Source of the DNA: Bacteroidales bacterium
GTDB lineage: Bacteria; Bacteroidota; Bacteroidia; Bacteroidales; G963667975
Assembly: GCA_963677395.2 (NCBI GenBank)
Contig: OY781965.2
Location: forward strand, 1,124,056-1,148,055
Length of the DNA stretch: 24,000 bases
Reading direction: 5' to 3'
Shown here: positions 16,194-23,981 of the stretch, piece after piece
How positions within the stretch are numbered: position 1 is the stretch's first letter
How the letters are laid out: each line of letters opens with the position of its first letter
The notes under the pieces: generated by a model
The model's database searches: none
What the model was told of the DNA's origin: nothing
The model's input: the letters and a program-made list of their open reading frames with translations, nothing else
Program-made: the position numbers and the translations under genes

Positions 16194-19115
16194 CTAAAAG
16201 AATCTTTCTCCTTCGGCACCACCAAGAGGTTTGAAGAAATCGATTCCACCGTAAGGAACCGGATTTGCTTTAATATCTTCGAGTTCATCATATAAATCAG
16301 CACCGAGGAAATATTTCTTTGGCGGCATGATTTTGCCTCCAGTAGCTAAAATATCAAGACCTTCTTTTACTTTTTCTTTGGTAGCCGGCATTTCGAAGAC
16401 CCTAACACCACAAGCATTGTAAATAGCATTCAACACCGCAACGTGTCCTGAGGCTTGGAATGCTTCTGATGCTCCAGATGAACCAAATGGGCCAGTTTTA
16501 TCGTATGTTTCATTATAGATAACTTTAATTTCATCTGGAATATCTTTAATATAAGGGACTCCACTGCTTGCAATATTCGTGTGTTTTGTAACATCTTCAT
16601 AATTTTCAGATAATGCAAAGCCAATGCTGTGAGAAATTCCGCCATAAGCTTGTCCGTTAACGGCATCGATGTTACCAATCTTACCAACATCAGCAATACA
16701 AATGAATCTGGTTACTGTTGTTTTTCCGGTTTTTGTATTCACAGCAACTTCAGCCATATTAAGAGCATACGTGAATGCAGGAGTTGGATCACCAATACCA
16801 GTATTTGGGTCAAGACGGCTTAATCCTTCTGTTACGATAGTCATATATTTGCCTTCGTATTTAGTTGGAATTCCTTCTTTTACCATTTCATCATAAGTTC
16901 TGTATGTGCCGTCATCTTTTTTCATTGCTTTCATTAATTTTTCGGCAGCAATAATGGTAGCATGACCATTCATATAATGCGAACGGCTACCAGCAGACAT
17001 ACCGCTATCGGGACAAATTTTAGTATCACTTTGAACAAGTTTAATTTGTCCAGGAGTAATTACGAGTGGTTTCAGTGCTTCCAATGTGACCATTACAGAG
17101 CCTATATCGCCACCTTGACCTAGTTCTTGCCAAGTGTCATACTTTGTAAATGTTCCGTCAGGATTTAATTCCAGATGTATTGTTGCGTGATCAGTAGCAC
17201 CTTCGGTTACGTTAAAACCACCCCATGCAATACCAACACCACGGCGAACTTCGGGAGTATCTTTTTCTTGAGCTTCTTTAACTGCCTGATTGTAAAATGG
17301 TTTGAGTTTGTTCATCATTTCTTCCATCGGATAAAGTCTGAACTTACAACTGTTAAGGTTTGTTTCTCCTTCACGGGCAATGTTTCTCCATCTGAATTCG
17401 AATGGGTCGATACCAGCCTTTTCAGCTAACATATCCATTAGTGCTTCACTTAATGTGAAAGCTTGTGGAGAACCGTAACTTCTGTAAGCTGTACCAAAGT
17501 TGTGATTGGTGGCTGCAATGCGTGAAATACCGGCTACGTTAGGCACATAGTATGGGAAGAAAGCAAAGCGAACTTGTTTTGTAATGATATCATCACCACC
17601 AAATGTATAGCAACCTTGATCCATTCCAAATTCAAATTCAGTAGCTGTTATTTTGCCATCTTTATCGCAGGAAACACGTCCATTGGAGTGACAAGGACGA
17701 CGTTTTCCACTGAAATGTTGATGTTCTTCATAGGTCATTGATAATGCAACTGGCATTTTAGTAATAACGGTAGCAGCAGCAGCAAGGCAAAGGTCTCCAG
17801 CATTTGTTGACCAACCAAAACTAGCGCCTGTTGGGTTCATGATAATTCTGATCTTATCTTTAGGAATACCAACTGAATTTCCGATACGGCCAATTGAAGA
17901 GTATACACCTTGTGATTTGCATTGAATTGCCAACATTCCGTCTTCATCAAAATAAGATTGAACAGTGTCACCTTCTATTGATAAGTGTGGCTCACGTGTT
18001 GCGAAAAAGCTTCCTTCGGCACTAAAAGCAGAATTGTCAATTACTTCAGCAACTTTTGATGGGTCATCAAGGCCAACACCTTTTAACACTGGTTGCATGG
18101 CGAAAATATTCGGAGTGTTTGCGTGAATGTTCATTGCATCAGGCATTGCAGCATCAAGATAACCCAAGTATTCTGGAAGTTTTTCAATTTCCACTTTAAC
18201 TTTGGCAGCAGCTTCACGTGCATGGTCTTTTGTATCGGCACAAACAAGCGCAACAACGTCACCATATCTGTATATTTTATCATCACAAAGAACTTTACGG
18301 CTAGGAACCATAACTTTAGTACGTTCGTGGAAGTGACCTTCGGCCATGATGTTTGTACCACCAGCAGCTCTAATATCATCAGCTGTAATGACTTTTACAA
18401 CACCCGGCATTTTTTTGGCTTCAGTGGTGTCTATTTTTAATATTTTAGCATGATGAGCAAGTTTTGGTTGTACCATCACAACTTTAAGGCTTTCAGCAGG
18501 CATTTTTAACTCTTGGTCATCGCCATAATCAGCTAAACCACACACTTTTGCAAGAGCAGTAGGACGAACAACACGTTTGCCATAATATTCGCCGTCTGTA
18601 GGGTTTTTAAATTTAATATCATCTAACTTTTTTTCTCCGCGCATAACAGCTGCAGCAGCCATTACAGCATCAACAATCTGCACATAACCTGTACAACGGC
18701 AAACGTTACGATGCTTTTGGAACCAATCGCGTACTTCTTCCCGAGTTGGATTTGTATTTTCTAACAGTAAAGCATATGTTGAAACGATGAATCCAGGCAC
18801 ACAAAAACCACATTGAACAGCACCAAGCTCCATCCATGCTACTTGAATAGGATGAAGATTTGTTGGAGTACCAATACCTTCAATGGTTAGTATTTCACTA
18901 TATTCGTCAACAGAGCGAATCTTCTTAGCACATGAACGGATTAATTTTCCATTCACAATAATTGAACAAGAGCCACATACACCTTTGTTGCATCCTACTT
19001 TGGTTCCGGTTAATCCCATACGACGAACCACATCGGCTAAAGTATCCTTTTCGGGATTGCAAATAACCATGCGGTTTGCTCCATTGATATTCAGCCATAT
19101 TTTTCTTAGATTCAT
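16194..19115 (-). CDS. Molybdopterin-dependent aldehyde oxidoreductase, MOP type (two [2Fe-2S] clusters plus Mo-cofactor domains, no FAD domain)
   Basis: 973 aa. The plant-type 2Fe-2S motif is GCNKGVCGSCSIIVNG. The second 2Fe-2S motif is QCGFCVPGFIVS...CRCTGY. There are long stretches collinear with Desulfovibrio gigas MOP as I remember it (LHP.Q.AW...GA.QCGFC.PGFIVS; REEVRDWFQKHRN.CRCTGY; FDxLAEKxGxDPxExR). The catalytic-Glu region is GPFGSSGASEAF. Confidence 0.95.
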   Translation of the reverse strand: MNLRKIWLNINGANRMVICNPEKDTLADVVRRMGLTGTKVGCNKGVCGSCSIIVNGKLIRSCAKKIRSVDEYSEILTIEGIGTPTNLHPIQVAWMELGAVQCGFCVPGFIVSTYALLLENTNPTREEVRDWFQKHRNVCRCTGYVQIVDAVMAAAAVMRGEKKLDDIKFKNPTDGEYYGKRVVRPTALAKVCGLADYGDDQELKMPAESLKVVMVQPKLAHHAKILKIDTTEAKKMPGVVKVITADDIRAAGGTNIMAEGHFHERTKVMVPSRKVLCDDKIYRYGDVVALVCADTKDHAREAAAKVKVEIEKLPEYLGYLDAAMPDAMNIHANTPNIFAMQPVLKGVGLDDPSKVAEVIDNSAFSAEGSFFATREPHLSIEGDTVQSYFDEDGMLAIQCKSQGVYSSIGRIGNSVGIPKDKIRIIMNPTGASFGWSTNAGDLCLAAAATVITKMPVALSMTYEEHQHFSGKRRPCHSNGRVSCDKDGKITATEFEFGMDQGCYTFGGDDIITKQVRFAFFPYYVPNVAGISRIAATNHNFGTAYRSYGSPQAFTLSEALMDMLAEKAGIDPFEFRWRNIAREGETNLNSCKFRLYPMEEMMNKLKPFYNQAVKEAQEKDTPEVRRGVGIAWGGFNVTEGATDHATIHLELNPDGTFTKYDTWQELGQGGDIGSVMVTLEALKPLVITPGQIKLVQSDTKICPDSGMSAGSRSHYMNGHATIIAAEKLMKAMKKDDGTYRTYDEMVKEGIPTKYEGKYMTIVTEGLSRLDPNTGIGDPTPAFTYALNMAEVAVNTKTGKTTVTRFICIADVGKIGNIDAVNGQAYGGISHSIGFALSENYEDVTKHTNIASSGVPYIKDIPDEIKVIYNETYDKTGPFGSSGASEAFQASGHVAVLNAIYNACGVRVFEMPATKEKVKEGLDILATGGKIMPPKKYFLGADLYDELEDIKANPVPYGGIDFFKPLGGAEGERFF

Positions 19116-19150
19116 AAATGTTTCTCCTATTGGTTGTTAAATTTATATAA

Positions 19151-19591
19151 TTATAATTCTTCTTCAAGAAAAGAGACTACTGTTTCAAGAAATTTCGGAC
19201 AAGTTTTGTAGAAAACAGGAAGCTTTATCATTAAGTCAGCTCCACTTAAATTGCTTCTGTCAAACCCAACTAATTCATTGCAAATGCTTGTGTTATGTGC
19301 TTTTTCAAATGTTTGGATAAGTTCTCTGGTTTTCTCACGTGACATTTTTTTAGCTTCTAAATCAGTTGCTTTCGTTGTCCCGTATTTAAGCCCAATAACC
19401 ATCATGGCACCCGTAAGTGCACCACATGTTCTCCCATATCCGCCAAACCCCCCACCAAAAGGACAAGCAATCTTAAGAGCTGTTTCGCGAGATAGTTCCA
19501 TTTCTTTACTAAAAGTTGCTAATACTGCTTGAGAACAGTGATAACCTGATGTGAATAATTCTAATGCTTCTGCAACTCTGTCTTTAACCAT
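19151..19591 (-). CDS. C_GCAxxG_C_C family putative redox-active protein (DVU_1555-type)
   Basis: Family-defining cysteines are present: YHCSQAVL, CPFGGGFG, RTCGALTGA and TSICNELV. The start in the ORF track at 19600 is a TTG. The first ATG (MVKDRV..) is at 19591. Confidence 0.8.
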   Translation of the reverse strand: MVKDRVAEALELFTSGYHCSQAVLATFSKEMELSRETALKIACPFGGGFGGYGRTCGALTGAMMVIGLKYGTTKATDLEAKKMSREKTRELIQTFEKAHNTSICNELVGFDRSNLSGADLMIKLPVFYKTCPKFLETVVSFLEEEL

Positions 19592-19712
19592 AAGCTTCAA
19601 ATATATTTATTATGGAGATGATTAAATTATTATCATATATTCTTAATTAGAAATCAATTAATAATAGCATACAATACTTGAAACTTAAGTTTAGGATGAC
19701 TTGATAATAAAT

Positions 19713-19748
19713 GGATATGTGAAATTTTACATATCGGAAGCAAAAATA
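19713..19748 (-). promoter_or_regulatory. Promoter -7 box TATTTTTG (19748..19741) plus palindromic element GATATG-N10-CATATC (19714-19735)
   Basis: Perfect TAnnTTTG on the minus strand. Five nt downstream is an inverted repeat, GATATGT-N8-ACATATC. The spacing and half-sites are the same as at 8825-8860. It lies about 115-150 nt upstream of the first gene of the aldehyde oxidoreductase operon. Confidence 0.55.
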
Positions 19749-19878
19749 AAAATAATTATACAATAATCCAATCTCTTAAATGGCTTTATATAGTCGCTCC
19801 TTAAAATTTATATAGTTGCCTCTTGTTAATAATATAATCGATTGGTTGTTAATAAATTAATTCAATATTTTTGTGTTT

Positions 19879-19919
19879 ATAAAAGCAGGAATAAGTATCT
19901 TTAAGGTATAAAATCCTGC
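19879..19919 (-). terminator. Weak candidate terminator after the 1102-aa gene
   Basis: On the minus strand, GCAGGA...TCCTGC forms a 6-bp GC-rich stem (19919-19885) with a large 23-nt loop, followed by TTTTAT. The oversized loop makes this uncertain. Confidence 0.3.
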
Positions 19920-19960
19920 AAATAATGATAGGGAAATTGCCTTTAAAAATTCAGCGAGAT

Positions 19961-22900
19961 TTATTTGACAAGGGTTACTATTCCTTTTTTCTCAATAGTT
20001 TTGCCACTTCCGGCAAATGTTATTCGCATATAATAAACATAAACACCGGATTGAACCATCTCATTTTTATAAGTTCCATCCCAGCCTATATCAAAATTGG
20101 TTGTTTCGAAAATCATCTGCCCCCAACGATTATAAATTGCCATATAATAATCGGCATAAGCAGTAATGTTTCCAACTGGTTTGAAAATTTTATTAACTCC
20201 GGCAGGAACAAAAGCATTGGGAATATAAAGAGTATTACAGTTCTCAATATTTACCATAATGCTATCACTCTCTATACAATTATTTACATTTACATTAACC
20301 CAATATAAACCAGAATTATAAACCATAAAAATTGCATTTTTCGATCCGTCTTGCCAATAATAGGTTGCATTGGGAGCTGTGGCATTTAATAAAACCGGAG
20401 TGCCTTCACAAATACTTGTGTCATTTCCCAGATTCACATATGGATATTGATTAACCGTAAGATTGCAAATTATTATACTGTCGCATCCATAAGTAGAAGA
20501 AAGAGTATCGGAATAAATTCCGGAACTATTGATAATTTGATTTCCAAACTGATAATTTTCCCCTTGGCATATGGAAGGATTTATAGTTGTTGTCTTTATA
20601 GGATTCACCGTTAGATATGTAATAACAATACTGTCACAACCTGCATTTGAAATTAAAGTATCTTTATAAACCCCAGAATTCAGATAATAATGATTGCCAA
20701 TAAAAAAAGTATCACCTTGACAAATTGTAGGATTTAATGTATCAAAAGAAATTGGTTTCGTATATACAACAACGCTATCGCAAACAGAAGTATCGCACTG
20801 ACTTTCCCAACGAGCATAATATGTTGTGGTTTGAGTTGGAGAAGCTATCGTTAACGGACTATTTATTCCAATCATATTTAGACCGCATCCTCCTGAAAAC
20901 CATCGCAAAGTATCTCCAATTCCGCCAATAGCTGTTAATGTTATATTCCCATTATCATTAGAACAAAAGTTATTTCGGTCAGTATGTACGGTAGTTGGTT
21001 TTAAAGTATTGCACGGACTTATTTTGAGAATAAAGCTATCATCTTCTCCGTTCCATGAATTATCATAATAAGCTCCATTGCCGTAATCTATTGTATAGCT
21101 GTTTGCACCATTCCACTCTCCGATAAAATAAACTGCATTTTGATGATCAACAGTGATGGCGGTGCCCCAGTCGTTTCCGAATTCTCCATAATATGTTGCC
21201 CATTGTCTTACACCCTGATTGTTGAATTTTAAAATATAATTATCAATAATACCTGCAAGATTGGGTTGCCAGTATTCATTTTGCAATTGTTGTGTCGGGA
21301 AGTTTGATGACATTGTTCCTCCTGTAATATAAAGATTATCTTGTAAATCAATATTTGAAATTACTGTCATTGCACCTTCATTATTACTGCCTCCATAATA
21401 AGTTGCCCACAATCTGACTCCTTGGTTGTTGAATTTAAGAATAAACAAATCAAAATCACCGGCATTGGCGGGTTGGTTATAAGCCCCAGTAAGTGTTTGT
21501 ATAGGGAAATTAGCCGAAAATGTTCTTCCGGTAACAAAAATATTATTTTGACTGTCGGCAACAACAGAATTGGCATTGTCGCCGGGATCTCCTCCATAAT
21601 AGGTTGCCCACTGTCGTACTCCCTGAGGGTTAAATTTTACGATAAAAGCATTAGTGTTTCCTGCATTACCAGCTTGCCAATAAGCTCCCGACATTTGTTG
21701 TGTGGGAAAATTCTGTGAGAAAGTTCCTCCGACAAAGTATAAATTATTTAAATGGTCAACACAAATAGAATAACCCATATCGTAATCATCCCCGCCATAA
21801 TACGTTGCCCATTGCCTTACTCCTTGATTTGAAAACTTCAGAATAAACGAATCAAAATCGCCGCCAGAACTTGCCTGCCAATATGCATTTGTAAGCTGTA
21901 GAACTGGCAAATTACTTGAATTGCAGTAGCCGGTAATATAAATTTGATTCAGGCTGTTGCAGGCAATAGAGCTGGGAAATTCATTATAAGTCCCGCCATA
22001 ATACGTTGCCCATAACCTTACGCCTTGGGAATTAAACTTTAAAATACAACCATCGGATGCACCTCCAAAACTTTGCTGATTATATGCATTTATAGCACTT
22101 TGAGTAGGAAAGTTCGATGAATAAGAATATCCTATAACAAATAAATTATTTTGATTATCGACCACAGCATCGCTGGCCATATCAACCTGTCCACCACCGT
22201 AAAAAGTTGCCCAAATCCTTACTCCTTGATTATTAAACTTAATAATTGTTATATCATTTGAAGCAACTATACTGCTTTGCCAGAAAGCAGCATTCATATA
22301 CAAAGTAGGAAAATCAGAAGTTGTTGCATAACCTACAACGTAAATATTGTCCAGACTATCCGTGCAGATTGAGGTAAAACCATCATAGCTGGTACTTCCT
22401 CCGTAATATGTCGCCCAAATCAACGGATCTATAACTAAAGTCTTGGTTTTATCATAGTCAGCAATGTCAAATGAAATTACCGATTCTTTATCTATCGTAA
22501 ATTTACTTTGTATATTATGACTGATGTCTGATATATACGACAAAAGATTGCCTTCTTCAATAGTGCCCGCGATAGTTTTAATTTTTAACTTGGTATCATT
22601 ATCAGTCAGAGTTGTTCTTTTAACATTCACATATTTTATCTTAATATCCTTATAATCAGCTTTGGGGTGTACGATAAAATCATATTTCAATGGATGTTTT
22701 TTGGAGTTTGGGTTGGTGTAAATTACCCAATCAATTCCTTTATAGATATTTTTAATGGTTATTTTTCCATAACCTTTTACATTATAAATGCCGTTGGGGC
22801 AATGGGCATAAAAGTAATTGTAATATCCCTGTCTGCTTTCTTCTTCCTTGATAATGTTTGTTTTATCAATATTCGCACCTTCCAGATTCATATCCATGCG

Positions 22901-23269
22901 GTAGTAAGAAACCTTCCTGTTTTCTTCTTCCTCTTTTTCAAAATCCTTAAAATTTTTAGCTTTGTTCTTGTTTTTTCTTTCTTCAAACTCCTCTTCTTCA
23001 TTTTTAGTAAACTTCACAAAAACATAGCTTAAACCTCTGTTAGTAATATAAATATTGCAATTTCCATAGGAAGCTTTAAACAAAACTTCATCGGCAGCTT
23101 TTCCATCAGTTTTTGTTAGCTGCCCTTTGTTCTCAATGAACTCAATTGGTTTATTTCTAAGAAATTCCATAGCTTTCGCTTCGGTAATTTTATCTGCATT
23201 ATTTTTACTACTGGCATATAAAGAAGAAGTAATAATGCATAAAAGAAGTACAATGATTATCTTGTTCAT
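19961..23269 (-). CDS. Large secreted SBBP beta-propeller repeat protein with Cys-rich Ig-like modules and a T9SS type-B (gliding-motility CHU_C) C-terminal sorting domain
   Basis: 1102 aa. Elements, in order:
- signal peptide MNKIIIVLLLCIITSSLYA
- FIENKGQ motif
- seven blades carrying GVR.WATYYGG...N.Y..G.T.S.NFPT
- three CxGD/E...GxY.DTL.S..GCDSI..L.LTVN modules
- C-terminus LYIPNAFVPAGVNKIFKP...YNRWGQMIFET...WDG......SGVYVYY, which is typical of the type-B sorting domain. Confidence 0.9.
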   Translation of the reverse strand: MNKIIIVLLLCIITSSLYASSKNNADKITEAKAMEFLRNKPIEFIENKGQLTKTDGKAADEVLFKASYGNCNIYITNRGLSYVFVKFTKNEEEEFEERKNKNKAKNFKDFEKEEEENRKVSYYRMDMNLEGANIDKTNIIKEEESRQGYYNYFYAHCPNGIYNVKGYGKITIKNIYKGIDWVIYTNPNSKKHPLKYDFIVHPKADYKDIKIKYVNVKRTTLTDNDTKLKIKTIAGTIEEGNLLSYISDISHNIQSKFTIDKESVISFDIADYDKTKTLVIDPLIWATYYGGSTSYDGFTSICTDSLDNIYVVGYATTSDFPTLYMNAAFWQSSIVASNDITIIKFNNQGVRIWATFYGGGQVDMASDAVVDNQNNLFVIGYSYSSNFPTQSAINAYNQQSFGGASDGCILKFNSQGVRLWATYYGGTYNEFPSSIACNSLNQIYITGYCNSSNLPVLQLTNAYWQASSGGDFDSFILKFSNQGVRQWATYYGGDDYDMGYSICVDHLNNLYFVGGTFSQNFPTQQMSGAYWQAGNAGNTNAFIVKFNPQGVRQWATYYGGDPGDNANSVVADSQNNIFVTGRTFSANFPIQTLTGAYNQPANAGDFDLFILKFNNQGVRLWATYYGGSNNEGAMTVISNIDLQDNLYITGGTMSSNFPTQQLQNEYWQPNLAGIIDNYILKFNNQGVRQWATYYGEFGNDWGTAITVDHQNAVYFIGEWNGANSYTIDYGNGAYYDNSWNGEDDSFILKISPCNTLKPTTVHTDRNNFCSNDNGNITLTAIGGIGDTLRWFSGGCGLNMIGINSPLTIASPTQTTTYYARWESQCDTSVCDSVVVYTKPISFDTLNPTICQGDTFFIGNHYYLNSGVYKDTLISNAGCDSIVITYLTVNPIKTTTINPSICQGENYQFGNQIINSSGIYSDTLSSTYGCDSIIICNLTVNQYPYVNLGNDTSICEGTPVLLNATAPNATYYWQDGSKNAIFMVYNSGLYWVNVNVNNCIESDSIMVNIENCNTLYIPNAFVPAGVNKIFKPVGNITAYADYYMAIYNRWGQMIFETTNFDIGWDGTYKNEMVQSGVYVYYMRITFAGSGKTIEKKGIVTLVK
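21022..22423 (-). repeat. Seven tandem in-frame coding repeats of about 58-60 codons (SBBP propeller blades)
   Basis: The peptide core NQGVR(Q/L/I)WAT(Y/F)YGG recurs seven times in the 1102-aa ORF. Coordinates are converted from residues about 283-750. Confidence 0.8.
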
Positions 23270-23506
23270 ATAAAATTAGGGGGCTAAAAATGTATTTATA
23301 TTTTATAGTTAACAATATTCATTTGTATCAAATATTAGGGTTGGTCAAATAAATTACTAAATATAACGGTATGCTTTTTTAAATGAGGTATAATATGCTA
23401 AATAAGAGAAGAATATCAAAGATACAAAATTAATTACATACAAACCTATAATGAGACTTTTTTATTTAAAAACCAGTATGTAACCAAGAATAGTGAGAGT
23501 TGCTTC

Positions 23507-23845
23507 CTATTTCCGATTATCTGTAGCCGGGCTAACAGTTCTGATTAATCCCGAGATCGGGACTCTAACCAACAGAGCTAAGGCGGCAGGAATATCATTT
23601 TTCAAAACCAAAGCTTCAATAAATGTTCTTGATTTTTGTTTTTTGATAAATTTTTCGATTTTCAAAGCAACACCCCAGTTTCCCTTAACTTCAAATAAAG
23701 CGACCATTATCCATGGCCGATGTTTTGAAGTGTATGTTGTTCTTTCAGAAGTGTTGTGTTCCGATAGCCTTCGTTCCGGATTCTCAGTTACTCCAACATA
23801 GTATTTGTCGGAATTAGAACTATAAAGAATATAGAGGAAATACAT
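23507..23845 (-). CDS. Small GIY-YIG nuclease-family protein; the last 30-35 codons are encoded by a duplicated tRNA-like segment
   Basis: The GIY-YIG core is YFLYILYSSNSDKYYVGVTENPERRLSEHN, followed by ..KIEKFIKKQKSRTFIEAL. Codons from about residue 80 onward lie in the 67-bp repeat 23540-23606. Confidence 0.85.
   Translation of the reverse strand: MYFLYILYSSNSDKYYVGVTENPERRLSEHNTSERTTYTSKHRPWIMVALFEVKGNWGVALKIEKFIKKQKSRTFIEALVLKNDIPAALALLVRVPISGLIRTVSPATDNRK
23540..23606 (-). repeat. Direct repeat copy 1 (67 bp, identical to 23934-24000)
   Basis: Base-by-base comparison of TCTGATTAATCCCGAGATCGGGACTCTAACCAACAGAGCTAAGGCGGCAGGAATATCATTTTTCAAA at both positions (offset 394 bp) shows identity. 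The match breaks on the left side at 23539 versus 23933. The right side is cut by the window end. Confidence 0.95.
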
Positions 23846-23863
23846 TGAGCGAATTTATAATAT

Positions 23864-23898
23864 GAAATAAAAACGAAAAAGGTCGCCACATGACGACC
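23864..23898 (-). terminator. Rho-independent terminator immediately 3' of the tRNA-like gene
   Basis: The minus strand reads GGTCGTC-ATGT-GGCGACC, a 7-bp stem including one G.U pair with a 4-nt loop (23898-23881). It is followed by TTTTTCGTTTTTATTTC. Confidence 0.7.
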
Positions 23899-23903
23899 TT
23901 TTG

Positions 23904-23981
23904 CTCCCCCTCTAGGACTTGAACCTAGGACCCTCTGATTAATCCCGAGATCGGGACTCTAACCAACAGAGCTAAGGCGGC
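23904..23981 (-). tRNA. Non-canonical tRNA-like gene or tRNA pseudogene/chimera (3' half of tRNA-Asn type)
   Basis: The minus strand reads GCCGCCT-TA-GCTC-TGTTGGTTA-GAGT-...-TCAGA-GGGTC-CTAGG-TTCAAGT-CCTAG-AGGGGGA-G.
- Canonical features: a good D-arm, a 5-nt variable loop, a perfect T-arm and a 3' acceptor strand followed by a terminator.
- Non-canonical features: the 5' acceptor strand pairs at only 5 of 7 positions, the D-to-variable interval is 4 nt too long, and no 5-bp/7-nt anticodon arm with U33 can be drawn. Confidence 0.4.

Noticed and set aside
19592-19600. TTG start for the C_GCAxxG_C_C gene, and likewise the TTG start at 12482 for the methyltransferase
   Set aside because: The M in the ORF track corresponds to a TTG codon in the sequence. 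An ATG follows within 3-7 codons in both cases.
6270-19600. Horizontal-transfer island inferred from composition
   Set aside because: Hand counts on single lines suggest about 38% GC in the oxidoreductase gene against about 27% in the membrane-NTPase gene. This is within what conserved enzymes versus membrane proteins show. The promoters are native-type and there are no integrase, transposase or flanking repeats, so this needs a proper sliding-window and codon-usage computation.
21022-22423. Regular repeats of about 175 bp that could superficially suggest a CRISPR or satellite array
   Set aside because: The repeats are in-frame protein repeats (propeller blades) within one long ORF. They are diverged at the DNA level and have no spacer/repeat organisation.
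23417-23448. Three perfect TAnnTTTG matches on the minus strand (TATCTTTG 23424..23417, TAATTTTG 23432..23425, TAGGTTTG 23448..23441) upstream of the 1102-aa gene
   Set aside because: They lie 150-180 nt from the ATG and are clustered in very AT-rich DNA. I cannot tell which, if any, is functional, so they are not listed as features.
23904-23981. Calling this a standard tRNA-Asn (or tRNA-Pro) gene
   Set aside because: The acceptor stem has two mismatches and no legal anticodon arm can be drawn. The 5' and 3' parts look as if they derive from different tRNAs. It is reported only as a tRNA-like or pseudogene candidate.
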